NCBI RefSeq assembly: GCF_009834535.1
Contig: NC_045697.1
Location: 24,554,001 to 24,618,000, forward strand
Origin: Camelus ferus
Lineage: Eukaryota
DNA length: 64,000 nt
Direction: 5' to 3'
Shown here: positions 25,069 through 38,215 of the stretch, piece after piece
Numbering within the stretch: position 1 is the stretch's first letter
How the letters are laid out: the number at the start of each line of letters is the position of its first letter
Program-made: the position numbers and the translations under genes
Notes under the pieces: model-generated
Told to the model about the DNA's origin: nothing
Database searches by the model: none
Seen by the model: the letters and a program-made list of their open reading frames with translations, nothing else

Positions 25069-25430
25069 ATTTAAAGCACACAATTCAATGCATTTAATCC
25101 ATTCAAAAGGGTGTGGAACCACCACCTGTGTCTAGGTTGAAAGATTTCCACTTCCAAAAAAAACCCCCATGCCCCTTAACCTCTTCATTGTCCCTCCCCT
25201 TACCCCCTGGCAACAATAATCTGCATTTTTGTCTCTATCAAGTTATCTATTCTGGATATTTATATAAATGCCGTATCTCCATAAGAACTCTTAGAATTTA
25301 CTCTCTTAACAACTGTCCTGTATATCACACATCAGTGTTAGCTATAGTCCTCATGTTGTGCATTACCTACCTAGGCCTTACTTATCTTATAACTTGGAAA
25401 TGTTTACCTTTAGACAACCTTCATTTTTTT
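25069..25430 (-). mobile_element. Two abutting L1 3' UTR fragments (L1MB-like, then L1MA9-like)
   Basis: CCCCTGGCAACAATAATCTGCATTTTTGTCTCTAT...ATTCTGGATATTT. Segment 25279-25425 resembles 48540-48680 in this window. Confidence 0.65.
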
Positions 25431-26002
25431 CCCGCAGGAAAAAAAAAATTATTTAGTTTAACGTTTCCCCTGATCTAAAGAGAAAGATGTCAAGAGAAAG
25501 CCAAGAACATATGCATCAGCATACACTCCCCCAACCTGGAACCCAGATAACCTATAAGAAAAAAATAAGGGCAAAGTTCTATTCAACAGATAAATTCATC
25601 TTTGCTTCCGGAAAACATTTCCATATTATTTTCCTTTCCTGGCCACTTGGGCCTTCAGAATAGCAGCTTTTCCCTGGCCAGCCTCAGAGCCTTGGGTTTT
25701 ATTTTTCATGCTCTTTAACATGGGTGTGTTTTTGAGCACATCAGGCAAAATGAGAAAGCAGAGTTTGCTGCCACGGACCTACACCTGCTCCAGCTGTGCC
25801 ATGAGGCTGGCTCGGAATGTGACTGTGAAGCTGGGCATTGTCAGTCCATGTTTCCTTCACCTCCTTGAGCTTCCCTTGTTACAGCTAGCTGGTGTTTGTC
25901 TCACCTGTCACGAGGTGGCCTTCAGCCTCACGTAGGACTGTAATTGGCACACCAGTAGACATCTTGGCAGGAAGTTAGGCTCCAGCCTCCAAAAATATTT
26001 TA

Positions 26003-26720
26003 ACTGGCCTATTTGTCTTTTTTTGTTGAGTTGTGAGAGTTCTTTATATATTTTGGAGACTAGATCTTTTTAAAATATTTGATTTGCAAATGTTTTCTGC
26101 CTATACGTAGGTTGTCTTTTCATTTTCTTGAGGCCGCTAGAACTCTTGTACATTGCTGCTTGGAATACAAAATTGTATAGCCACTTTGAAAGTAGTTTGG
26201 CTGAGTCTTTTTGTGTTAAACAACTACTTATTACATAGCTCAGCATTCTCATTCTTAGTATACGTGCCAAGAGAAATGAAAACCTGTATCGACACAAAGA
26301 CATTTATGTGAATGTTCACAGAAGCACTATTTATGATTATTAAGAACTAGAATTAATGCAATGTTCATCAAATAGTGAATGGATAAACAAAACAAGTTGT
26401 GCTTTATACATATTATGGACTACTTCTTAGCAACATAAAGGAATGAACTATTGGTACGGTAACAAAAATTACTGACTCTCAACAATATGCTATGTGAAAG
26501 CAGTCAAACAGACTGGGTTATTCCATTTATATGGAAGGCATACAATTTGTTAAAAGGCAAAGGAGAGGAGATTGATGGCAAATCAGCAAAGGAAGAATTT
26601 TATACCATTTTGGTGGAGGTTATATAATTTTACACAATTACTAAAATTATCAAACAATATTCTTAAAATGAGTGAGGTTTATTTTATATGTCAAACCTTA
26701 GTAAGTTTGGAGAAAATAAA
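26003..26720 (+). mobile_element. Old L1 (L1MC/MD-like) 3' part with an inverted 5' segment
   Basis: 26003-26131 is antisense ORF2 (KKMKRQPT...KTFANQIF). 26136-26720 is sense ORF2 end and 3' UTR. Confidence 0.72.
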
Positions 26721-28296
26721 TACCTAACTTATTTGAACCAAAAATGAAGAGTTAATTAAATATAAGCGTTAGTTATATCAGTGAAATTTATCTCTGGCAC
26801 AGTAACTTTGTTAGGGAGAAGATGCTGACTAGTTTCAGATATAAATGACATTCATATGGAAGCATCCTCATAAATCATTTTTTTTAATTTTTACATTTTT
26901 TCAGATACCACTGTTTAGCTATGCTTAAGTAGCTATTTTCACTTTAGGAAAAGATACCAGAGGGCACACTTGCACCTGTCAGATTTATATTATTAGTCCA
27001 ATAATTAGGAGTCCACCAAACAGTGAGAAACTAATTTATTATTTTATAATTTCAAACCCTGTAACTTTGGTAACCATGTAAATCTCAAGAAACCCTGCAA
27101 CTCTGTGTCTTTCTTTTCTGAATGTTCTAATCAATTACATTACCCCCAAAATGAAACAGCCTTATTCACTGAGCATCAGGAATAACACTTTTATGTTCAT
27201 TATTTCTCGAGTTTCTCATGCAATCTGTAACTAATTATAATCAAGTGTCCATCGTGGATGTTCTCCACAGATATCTTTCTGTCTAATAGTCTCCTACACT
27301 TCTGTATATACATACATAAATGACACATTAGATGAAAACTGCTTTTAAGACACCTTTTTGTCCATTACTGCATTGGCTTTTAAGGTTATATGTTATCACC
27401 ACAATTAATAGTAAATCTTCATTATGCAAAATTGGAGGACTTCATGGAATCAATAATTAAAACTGGTTAAAAATCTAGAAATCACTTACTTTGATTTATA
27501 ACATGTAGCATATTTTAAAATACACATCTGATTATAGAGCTTAACAGGAAGTGAAAAGATTAGTTTTCTGGGTATGTATCATATTTTCATCCTTCCAGGT
27601 CTCCTTGGGCATTTGGGTAGAGCAAAGTTCCTCCTTCGTAAACCATTTTGAAAGACCCTTCAGATTAAAAAAAAAAAAAATTCCTTACATGTGAAATCAG
27701 ATTAGCTAAAGTTTGTAAGATATCAACATAATCAATATTTATTTATAGGAAGGGATATTTATCTTATTATTTTGTTTCTACGTTTGAAAGAAATCTCATA
27801 TATCAAAGCAACTGCTTATCAAATGGTAACATTTTATCATGTAATACTTAATACTATGTCCCAAAATGACATTGGAATTTTTCTTGAATTTGGAAATACT
27901 AAGCTAAATTCGCAATACTTTAGACTTGTGTACTGCTATATTTTAGTTTGGGTTATTCCAGTCACTAAATGTGGCCTGGAAAAAGCACCATATGATTAAT
28001 AAGGACAATTGTCCCTCTTTGCTCTCTGATCATTCCGTTTATATTCTGTCCTCTTACTTTTGTCTCTCCCTGTCACACTGCACCTTTAGAAGAGGCTGAA
28101 CCAGAACTTTTGCTGTAAAACTTGGTAAGGATTCCAACTCATAATTGCTAGGTCTAGATTGTGACCAGAGGCTGTATGTTCATAGGTTCTGTTACCTAGT
28201 TGCTTAATTGAGGTTCTTCCTTACTTTGTAAGTGAAACAAAAATGCTTCCTAAAAATCATTGATGTCAATACTATTATGATATTCGGCATTTAGTT

Positions 28297-28298
<2 letters not shown>

Positions 28299-28329
<31 letters not shown>
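28299..28329. repeat. (AC)15 microsatellite
   Basis: Direct inspection. Confidence 0.97.
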
Positions 28330-28331
<2 letters not shown>

Positions 28332-29469
28332 CATCCAACAAAAACAGGGTGCCTCTTGTTAGTCAAACATCATATCTCAAAAGACACTCTATTATTAAAA
28401 TAACTGAGTTTTTTTGCAATATATAATACCCAATAATCATCAATGTTGATGATTTCTGGATTGGAACCAGGTGATTTAGATGTACTTTACTAACAGACTT
28501 CTAGAGAAATGGAATTATTTTGACTCTGTCAAATAAGCAATAAAAAGGGAAAAGATGTTTGGACATACTATACTTTCTAAATATCTATACAAAGAAAGGA
28601 GAAACACTTACCCTTATTTTCTATATTTAAGAAAGATTAATTTTCTGATTCTTTTAAAAATTCTTATTAACCTATAGAAACTACGATCAAGAGTGTATGA
28701 TACAATTATGCATATCATGCAATAAAACACACCATATGGAAATATCCAGGACACAAAAATGTAATTATCTATATACTGTTGATGCATTGTGTCTGACTCA
28801 CTCAATTCCAGGTTATTTATGTGAGCCAACTCAGACAACTCTTGAAATGTAAGTAGGACTTAAGTTCAAAATCATATTTCTAAAACATATTTCATAAATC
28901 ATTTTTGTTAAAAAATAAATGTTCTAGTATTACTTATTTTATGCTTTACTTTCTACACTTTTCTAGAAAGTTCAATGTCATAGTATAAATAATTACAGAG
29001 GAAGGAAACAAATAGAGTATAATTTATTTTATCTTAAGCTTATTCCCTGAAAAAAAGTGATTTGATGAATTTTAAGTATTTCAAAAGCAGCGTAGTATCA
29101 AAAAATGCCTATAGTCTTAAAAAGAAAACTTTATGCCATACTCTCATTTATATAGTTGTGAATTTATTACTTTAACTTTCTGATTTCTGATTTCTAATGC
29201 TTTTCAAAGAAAACATTTTTATGACAAATTATTAGCTACAAAATCCACTTTTTTAAACTGTCATTGACAAGAAGATGATAAAGCCAATTGTAACAGTTTT
29301 ATAAGAGGAAAAATCCATCTGTGAGTCAATCAGAAAAAAGAAAATAATTAAGGTAGTGGCTCATTCATCTGCAGTTTATGCTAGGTTATACTTTCCTTTA
29401 TGAAAAATATTTTCCAGTGCAAAATCACTTAAGCTCATATTTTAAATGAAACTAATTTAATAATAATAG

Positions 29470-29700
29470 CAACTACTTCTATATTGCTTACTACAGTCCA
29501 CATACTACTGTATTTGCTTTATATATATATTAACTCAATCCGTATAACAACCCTATGTCAGAAGTACTATTATTGTTCCTATTTTTGTGGTAAGAAAATT
29601 GAGGTGTGAGAATGCAATTTGCAGATACTTACCCAAAGAAGACATGAGGCACTTAGACTTAAAGCTAAGGGTCTAATTCAAAGACTTTTGCTTTTGTTAA
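29470..29700 (-). mobile_element. MIR SINE
   Basis: AACAACCCTATG...TACTATTATTGTTCCTATTTT...AAGAAAATTGAGG. Confidence 0.7.
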
Positions 29701-30059
29701 TATAGAATTATGTTGTGCTGTCTCTCTTAAGATTAAAATATTAACTTTAATAACAAACAATATAGCTATGCTTCCAGCATTATGTCCATGGGGAAATTCC
29801 ACTTGCAGAAGCAACTCTTTCTGGGTATCACTGGTCTCATATATAAAGAAGCTGTGCTCTCTCTTAACATATGAGCCTGAACTACCATGGTAGGAGCCAA
29901 GTGTAGTTCAGAAGAGTTCCCCCAAAGTGAGCTGGCAAGAGCAGGACTGACTGAGGGGCAAAGCCTGGGGCCAGAAGCAAGGTGAAGTATTCTATCTTAG
30001 CTCATTCACCTGAAGTTAGGGACCACAGTCAAAGGGACTCAAGAAAAATAAAAAACCTG

Positions 30060-32170
30060 AGTGACTCTGTAACTATTTAAAAATTGCAGGATAAATATAA
30101 TATGTATTTCTAAAACAGTAGCGTACGGTTTAAAAATTGGAATTTTAAATAACATTAGTAACAATGGCAACGAAGTTAAATTTATTGAGAAAAATCTGAT
30201 AACATATATGCAAGACTTCTGTACAGAAATCTAGAAATCTGTGGGAAACTTTGAACAAGGACTGAATTAATGGAGAAATATCCCATGTTTATTCTTAGGA
30301 AATATGATTATCATACTGGTATCTATTCATTTCAAATTGATCTATAGATTTGTTATAATTTCAAACAAAACTTCAATAGGATTGTATGAGAAATGTAACA
30401 AGATGAAACTAACAATGAACAAAGAGGGGCAATTTTTCCAGTATGCAATCAAATCTTATAAAATAGGTAATAAATTAATATGATGTAAGCACAAGGATAG
30501 CAGAAAAGGACCAACAGAAAACTATAGAGAAACCCAAAGACTGATCCCTAGATAACTGAAAATGCTATGTATATGGCAGAGACGAAATTGAAAACCTGTG
30601 GAGGAAAACATAATATTAAATAAATGAAACTGAAAATCAGGTTCATAAATAATATAGAAAAGATCTACTTTACAAAACAATGAATCTTAGATAGATTAAA
30701 TAGGAAAATATTTTAAAAAACATTTAAACTTAAAAAGCATTAATGTTTTCACATTGAAAGAGGAAAATGTTTCTGAAGCAAGCTCCTAAAATGACTGTAC
30801 AGAAAAAATTGATAATTTTCACAATATGAAAATTAAAATATGTGTTAATTAAAAGAATCATAACAAAAGTAAAAAGACAAGGTAAAAGGAATATAAAGAA
30901 CTGAGGATAAATTAGTACACAGATTAATTTTTAAAAATTAAAAATTTAAAGTAACAAAACCAGATAATGTATTAAGATGCACAGAAATTTCCCAGGAGAC
31001 TAAATACATATGGACAACAAGTATAGAGAGGTATGCTCTCTTTCAAAAAAAAAAAATCAAGAAAAAACAAATTAAGAACAAAATGAGAAACTACATTTTT
31101 ACTAAACAGTTGGCAGAAATGTTGGATGGGATGTGGGTCATATGGAACTACATGCTGGAGGTAGTATATAAAGATAAAACAAAGTTGCAAACCATCTGAT
31201 TTTGTCTTGTAGGACTGAACATTAAAATCCTATATGTTCAAGCCATTCCTCTTCTTCGTATAATCTCTGGAAAAACTTTTGAACTTGGGTGCAGCAATGT
31301 GCAAGAATATTCACAGCAGTTTTATTTGTTTTATTTTTTCTAAATGGACACAAATTGTCTATCAGCATGACAATGGTTAAATAAGTTGTGACAAATCTGC
31401 CATAGTCTGCAGCAGTGCAAATGAATGAATTACAGTTTTACTCAACAACATGGATGAATTTTAAAAATCATGATGTTGGAAGTCTCAGGACACTACCTAT
31501 ATGGGGATGTGTGGGTTCATCACCAGTTGTGGGTTCTGGCCAGCAGAAGTCCCACTGAGACGGAATGAATTACTCAAGACTCTGGGGAAAAGTCAAGAGA
31601 GCGAGAGGGAGTTGGGAGCCAACTCCATGAGCCTCTCAAATCTCTCATATTTATTGAGTACAGTCGAAGCAGGAATTTAGGGAAGGACAGGGTGGGATCA
31701 CAATGAGTACAAAGGCTTTGTTTATTGTTGGTGTTTGGCTCAAGGTCAGAAGACCCTTTTTGGTAAATCATATACGTGTTGAGCCTTTCAGCTTATCAGG
31801 GCCCAACGTATGAGAATCAGCTGCTTAACAAGATTTTTCTTGGACTCAGGTGGCTGTGCTTGTCTTAGGTTGCCCCCTCAGGGGATCTTACCCTTCATTG
31901 GCTAACCAGCCTTCTCACCTCTGAGTCTGCAGCTTTTTACAATTCCAGCCCAAGGCTGTTTTGGGGATAGAAGACTAACAGCAGGCATGCCCAGCATTTA
32001 TAGCTGGGGGCCTGGGTCATTGTTAAAACCTCAAGGCAGTTACTAAGTGCATCTTCTTTAAGGAGATAAGCGGCTGGGATTGTTACAATTTGTTAACCCA
32101 ATCATGGGCTCTCACAGGGATGTTTTTATGAAACCCCAAAATAAGCAAAACTAAAATGTACGTTTTGTAA
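30060..32170 (+). mobile_element. Ancient L1ME-like ORF2 3' half and 3' UTR, interrupted by the LTR at 31510-32116
   Basis: AATTAATGGAGAAATATCCCATGTT, CAAATTGATCTATAGATT and CAACAACATGGATGAATT. It resumes after the LTR with TTTTTATGAAA...GCAAAACTAAA. Confidence 0.7.
31510..32116 (-). mobile_element. Solo ERV2 (beta-like) LTR, 607 bp, with a perfect 6-bp TSD, nested in an old L1
   Basis: The minus strand reads TGTGAGAGCCC...CCCACA. TSD GGGATG at 31504-31509 and 32117-32122. AATAAA motifs on the minus strand at 31650-31655 and 31721-31726. Old L1 3' UTR sequence continues on both sides. Confidence 0.88.
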
Positions 32171-34039
32171 CTTGTGTATATTACATCTATTCACTCTATG
32201 TTAAATATTATTATGAAAGAATAATATAATAGAAATAAATAATTTGAATGTATTTTTTATTTACATGTTATTTAAAAAGTGAATATATGCTAAATTAATA
32301 GGGAAATATTTCTTTGTTTTTAATTTAATTTTTAATTACTAGAGATTGTTCTTAATATTTGCTTGCTTTTGAGTTATCTACTCATATCATTAAACATTTA
32401 TATTTTTTGAAGTAAAAAAAAAAAGTGAATCTAGAAAGTGTTTGCTCATTTCAAATCTGACCACTCTCCATCATAACACTTCTCACCACTGACTCTTCAC
32501 TTCAGTTGAACATTTCCAGTTTATAGCCTCGAAAGCTAATCCATGTATTTTTCTTTTCTAGTAGTAATTAATATTTGTCTTTTTAGATTGAATGAAAGCC
32601 TTTTTTTGTAGTTTGAACATGCTCTATTTAAAAACAGTTTCTAAATTTTTGTGACCCAAATAGAATGATAACATACTTTGTCTGATTTTAATTTCTAAAA
32701 CAAGCATTTAAGGTAGTTATGTGGATTATTCTAGACTAATTTATGGACATGTAAATAAAAACAAAACTCAACTAGTTTAAAGAGAAGAAAGGAACCTATT
32801 GTTTCAGCTCTGAATACCTCTAGTTTAGCATCACTTTTAGGTAAGTTTATCATCTGGTGTGTGGGATCTCCAAAAGCAGATCCAAAATCACATGGTCTTT
32901 ACATCTGTTATTGTGGAAATAAAGATTTTAAAAAAAAAGACTGCCATGTTCTTTACAATCTGCATACTTATGATTGGAACAGTTTTCCTTATATTTAATT
33001 GGTCTTAGAGCTGCCCTTCTGTTCTTTCTTCCTTTCTTTCTTTGGATAGGGCTTGGTGGAACAGAGACAGCATGTGAAATAATAGACTCTGGGCAATGGT
33101 ATCTGGTTGAAAGGGGGCTGTGCATATGTCTAGCCAGGGAAGACCGAGTGGTGTCCTCACAGGTAATTTCAAGAAATAGATGTCTTTGCTTCACCTTCAT
33201 GGATACATCAAATGTTATCAGAGTCTTTGGCCCCAGCAGGACATTGCTGAATCGTTAAAAGCAATTTCTTTAGAGATATGGGGTTAAAGTAAGATTCTCT
33301 AGAGATATAGGACTACAGAGAAGGAAGTAAAGACATAGAGAAAGCAGTAGAATGTACTCTTCCAAGGGAAGTGAAATGGAAGAGAAATAAAGAGCTAAGT
33401 TTAGAGAAGGATGTGAGGTTAAACCCATTATTGAAAAACAGAGGGGTCACTCCAGAGTTCATATTTGAAATGATGTATTTCTTGAGCTATCAAACTGCCA
33501 AGTTTTGTGGTTGTATCCAGGGTTTCTTAGTTAGAAATTAGGAGAGAGAATTTTATACAGAATTCATTTTCAATTTGGGTCAGCAAGGTTTATTTAACAA
33601 AACAACAACAACAACAACAAATCCATAAGGCAATGTGTTTGAGCATTTTGTCCAGAGAGGTCAAAGTTACAGATTTCAAGTTCTTGGTTTAGGTACTCAA
33701 CAAAGAAAACAAAGTAAAAATTGAGATACTGAAAGACAATATGAAATTTAAGAGATATAGTGATATGCAAAAATTAGTATTCTATGATAGACATTTCTTT
33801 TTTCTTTTAATGACTAGGTCAAGGTCAAAGTGTCACAGGTAAATGGCATGGTCCCCTAAGAAGAAGACATAAGTAATTAATTTCAGAATGATAATCAGTT
33901 AGTACGTGAGGGAGATTCCTCTCCCTTGTGTTGCCTTTTTCCTCTTCTAGTAGAGTATGAGATTATGAGTAGCCTCCAGATAAAGTTATAGGTCAACAGA
34001 GGAAAGGGTTGCTTTTTCTTTAAATATTCTCTGCTATTT

Positions 34040-35000
34040 CCCTCAGCATTCTATCCCAGGCTCTCTTCTCATTTTTTTCTCTCATCTCTGCAGATGTCAT
34101 TCCTTCCACTGGCAATATTTGTCATCTCTATATTCTAACTCTCGGCTAATTTTCCCAGTCCAAATTTTTCTCCTAGAGTTCAGGCCTATGCTTTCAAACA
34201 TCTTCTTGGTATTTGGACAGATAACATAGGCAACTGAAACTCAGTAGTTTCAACACTGAATTCATAATATTGTATTTTCCTTAAACTTTCCTCTCCATTT
34301 TTTTATTACAAGCATGGTGATCAGTACCATAATTCTTCACTTTGAGAAACTCAGGTATGTCTGTGCCTTTCTTGATTTCTTCATTTTTCTTACTCCTGGC
34401 TCCTGTTTCCAAACCTACCAGTTTTATATGATTACTATATTATAAATCATGCATTGTCTTTTTATCTCCCCATTGGCATTAAATTTACTTGTTAGAATTT
34501 TTCACCTAGTTTATGATACAGTTTGACTCAGTAAGTCATTTTGCCTCCTCTGTCTTTCTCTGTGGCCTATTTATATCTTAAGTTCAAACAGTATCACAAA
34601 GACTCAGTTATAATTAAACATCTTTTGATTATCCTCAGGATAAACCCAAGACCTGAGAGTATGGCAAAAAGACAAATTCCATTTCTATTCTCTGCTTGTT
34701 TCAGTCTCAGAAATTCTTACTGTCATACGTTCCATACTCAAGAATATTATACAGCTTGAGTTCTCAAAACATTCCTTACCTTCACTTGTTTACACACTTT
34801 GCTCCCTCTGACAGAGTTCCTTGCAAACATTTATTCACCGTACTAATTTTGATTTTTCCATCATAGTACTTCTTACTCTAATTTTGTACTTCTGTGTGTA
34901 TGCATATATGTAGAATATATATTGCTAATGAATTATAAACTCTTAAAAAAGTGAGGTGTATTCCCAATGTCTAAGGTGTTGATGATTTACTGGCATTTAC
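34040..35000 (+). mobile_element. Decayed L2 fragment
   Basis: CATAGGCAACTGAAACTCAG...AACACTGAATTCAT and CCTCAGGATAAACCCAAGAC. Confidence 0.5.
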
Positions 35001-35411
35001 TTACAGTGGACCAAGATTTCCCAAAACAGAGAGGGAATGTTTAGGATGGAAGGAAAACCAGTAAAGAAGCATAAAGATGTGTCAGAATGACACTACAGAT
35101 AAAGGGAGAGGATAGGAGACTTTCCAGTCTTGTAATTAAGCCATTATTTAATATGTATATTTGCTTTGTTTCTTTTTGTTTTTTCTTAATTGAGAGTCCA
35201 GGTGGCCAAGTACAAAATAAATTTTGTAAATGTCATGGGTTTTCTTTTGAAAACACATGTCCAAAGTGTTGGAGAGATAGGGTTAAGCTAGCTTTGAAGA
35301 TACTGACCATTTGAATACATGCAGCTCAAGTGTTGCCAAGTTAGGAGGTAAATTCAAATAAAATGACAAGATTTCCATTTTGAATAACTGGATAGAAGGC
35401 GGTGCTCAGGC

Positions 35412-35530
35412 ATAGAAGAGAAGGAAGAGGAGAAGGGGAAGGAGGTGGAGAAGAAACTTGAGTTGAAAAGGAAGAAGAAAAGGAAGAGGAAGGAAGAGAA
35501 GAAGAAGAGGAGGAGGAAGGGGAAGAAGAG
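35412..35530. repeat. GA-rich low-complexity tract
   Basis: Direct inspection (GAA/GGA runs). Confidence 0.9.
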
Positions 35531-35687
35531 TTTCCAAATGAAAACAGAGTTAAGTACTCTGAAAGTTGACTTTGAAGTAGAATGTGTGAAGTGTATACAG
35601 TGGAATATTGAAAAATCAGGGACTCGTCAGAACAAGTTGTTACTGAAGATTCATTTTTGAGAATTACTTGTTTAAAATTATTGTTAT

Positions 35688-35772
35688 TTTTTAATGCAGG
35701 TACTGGGGATTGAACCCAGGACCTCATGCATGCTAAGCATGCACTCTACCACTGAGCTACATCCTCTACTCC
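35688..35772 (-). mobile_element. Camelid tRNA-derived SINE, short form
   Basis: The reverse complement gives TAGCTCAGTGGTAGAG (A box) and GGTTCAATCCC (B box). Degenerate TSD TTAAAATTATTGTTAT (35672-35687) vs TTAAAATGATTGTGAT (35773-35788). Confidence 0.9.
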
Positions 35773-35984
35773 TTAAAATGATTGTGATATTAGGAGGTTA
35801 TGAAAACTTACTGAGGGATTTTTATAGGTTTCAACTTTGACCTCCATTTTTTAAAAAGGCAGCTTTTCAAATACTCTCCAAAAGTAGGGAATTCCTAGTA
35901 CACACTCCTTCTTGTAATAATTCTAAATACTGTTAGATATAAAGGAAGTAAATGATATGTACAAAATTTCTTCATTATAATAAA

Positions 35985-36185
35985 AATTACATTCTGAGTT
36001 TATGCCATGTGTTGGGCATGTGCTCACTTCTTCACATATTTTATCCTATTTAATCCTCACAAGTCCTAACAGCCCTTCAAGTTATATAGGCATGGAGAAA
36101 TTAACTGAATAAATGTCCACCGACATAAAGCTAGGGAGTGGTAGAGTGGCAAATTGAACCTGGGGAAATTTGAACCTATGGCTGC
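35985..36185 (-). mobile_element. MIR SINE
   Basis: TATGCCATGTG...ATTTTATCCTATTTAATCCTCACAA. Confidence 0.55.
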
Positions 36186-38014
36186 TGAAGGAACCACACA
36201 GACTGGGAAATGCCACTTCTGGACTCCACGTCTTCTACATCCAGTTACATTGCTTCCATTGGACTTAATACTATAAATGTAATAGAGAAAGAAATAATAT
36301 ACTCTCCTAGATACTGAGTATCTGGGAAAAGAATTACCTTGGAGATATAGAATGTATTTGATTAAAAAAAAACAGGAATTTTTGTAGAAGAAATAGTTCA
36401 ACAATGAGTAAAACAAATGATGTCAATTTTTAAGTGCTCTGTTAAAGCAGAATTGTGTTATTGACTAAGGTCTTCAGGAGGAAAGCATGACTCCTTAAAA
36501 GCTCTATTACAAATAACGTTTATCAGCTCTGGAGGAAAGTAAACCCAGGGAATGAGTTTTAAAATAATTTCACTAAAACATACACATGGATGTATCTTAT
36601 TTCTTTTTTATCTAAAAAATCAATGACAGACGGCACTCATATTACTTTCATTAGATGCTTATTTGTTTTAAAAGAATGATTGATTAAGTATTATATCTCT
36701 ATAATAGTATCTAGCACACTGCCTCAAAATTTCTATTTTTAGTTATCAGGCTGTCCAAACAGTTATAAACCTTTAAGGCTAAGCTGTAACTCCTTCACAT
36801 CTAGGTCAACGCACTTAACACGACTAATAGGTCATGATAAGGTTGTAAATATGTCTAAGTTGGATAAAAGAGAGAGCCACTTTTACTTGAATATAATTTG
36901 TGGGCTAATTCAGGCCGGTGAGAGACAACATTTCTATTGTTTGTAATTGCACATTCTTTATTTGTAATTCTTAGAAGTTACATAGAAATTACTAGTATGT
37001 GACTTTAATATTTTATAAGCATTATTTTTCTTACTAGACTTTCCAGTATGTAATTTATAACAAGGTGTTAAGCTTTGCTAATTTTTCCTCCTTTGGTGAT
37101 AGGCAAAATGAACACAAGTTCCAATCTTTTCTTAAATCCCATAAAGCATGGGATCATTTCCCTACACACACACAAAAAGAAAATGTAATAAAAATTAGTT
37201 CTTTTCAAATTTAGAAAGAGTAATGAACAGTTAATTTTAGTCATAATTTCTACTATAATAATAAAGCATAGAATATCTTAGAATAAACATCAGAAAAAAT
37301 GTGCAAGATATAATCAAGCCAGCAGTAACATTTTACGAAAAGACATTTAAAAAAAAGATCCCCCAAATAGGTGAAATTCACCACTTCCCTATATGGAGTG
37401 TTTAACAAATATTTGCTAAACAAATATTTCTTCAATAAAAGTATAAATGAAAATGTATTTATCAAGAAAAGAAAATTACTGTCTTATCCTGATCTGCTGT
37501 AGCCTCCTATGGAAAAAATCTCAGTTCCCTTTTGAAAAGGTATGTATATCAAAGAGCAGCCGTAGGAGCTGGTAGTCCACATTATTCAACATATTTAAAA
37601 GGGAAGGTTTGTCACAGGGATAGTCCATGATATATTGCTGATTGACCATATCAAATTATTCTGCTGTTTATTGGGTATTTGACTTGGGGCAAGTCCCCAA
37701 GCTTTGACAGATTCTAGATGTAGATATAGAGATAGAGATAAAGATACAAATGTACTTACAGATGGAAATATATAGACACAAATGGATAACCAATGTCAAT
37801 ATGCCTATACCTCTCTATATAATATTAAAATACTCATCACATAGTTTATTTGTGGGGATTAAATTATGCCATGCATAAACTTCTTGTTACATTCCTTATC
37901 ACATAGTTAAGTCATGATCAATATTATTGTCATTAACATTATAATTGTTTTAAATTACGTCTGTGTTTGGCATGTTGCAACACCTGATCTGAAAGCCATT
38001 AATTTTGCCAATAT

Positions 38015-38215
38015 CTGAAGTCCTTGGTTTGAGTCTAAGCCCCTCCACATACCGATGTTATGACTACTGGCAAAGGACTTATTTTCCCTAAGTCTCAGTT
38101 TACTGGTTATAAGTGGGGAAGTGAAGCGTTATTTTTACCTCTCAGTAATTAGAAATGTGTTATAATCCAGGAAGATATAGAAGAGTTAAAGCAGCATTGT
38201 TAATTTATCATTATT
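38015..38215 (+). mobile_element. MIR SINE
   Basis: CCTTGGTTTGAGTC...CCCTAAGTCTCAGTTT...TATAAGTGGGGA. Confidence 0.55.

Noticed and set aside
29791..29800. Perfect NF-kB-type site GGGAAATTCC
   Set aside because: An isolated 10-mer is not unexpected in 64 kb and has no supporting context.
35341..35727. 128-aa Ser/Pro-rich ORF
   Set aside because: It starts in a SINE and runs through a GA-rich low-complexity tract.
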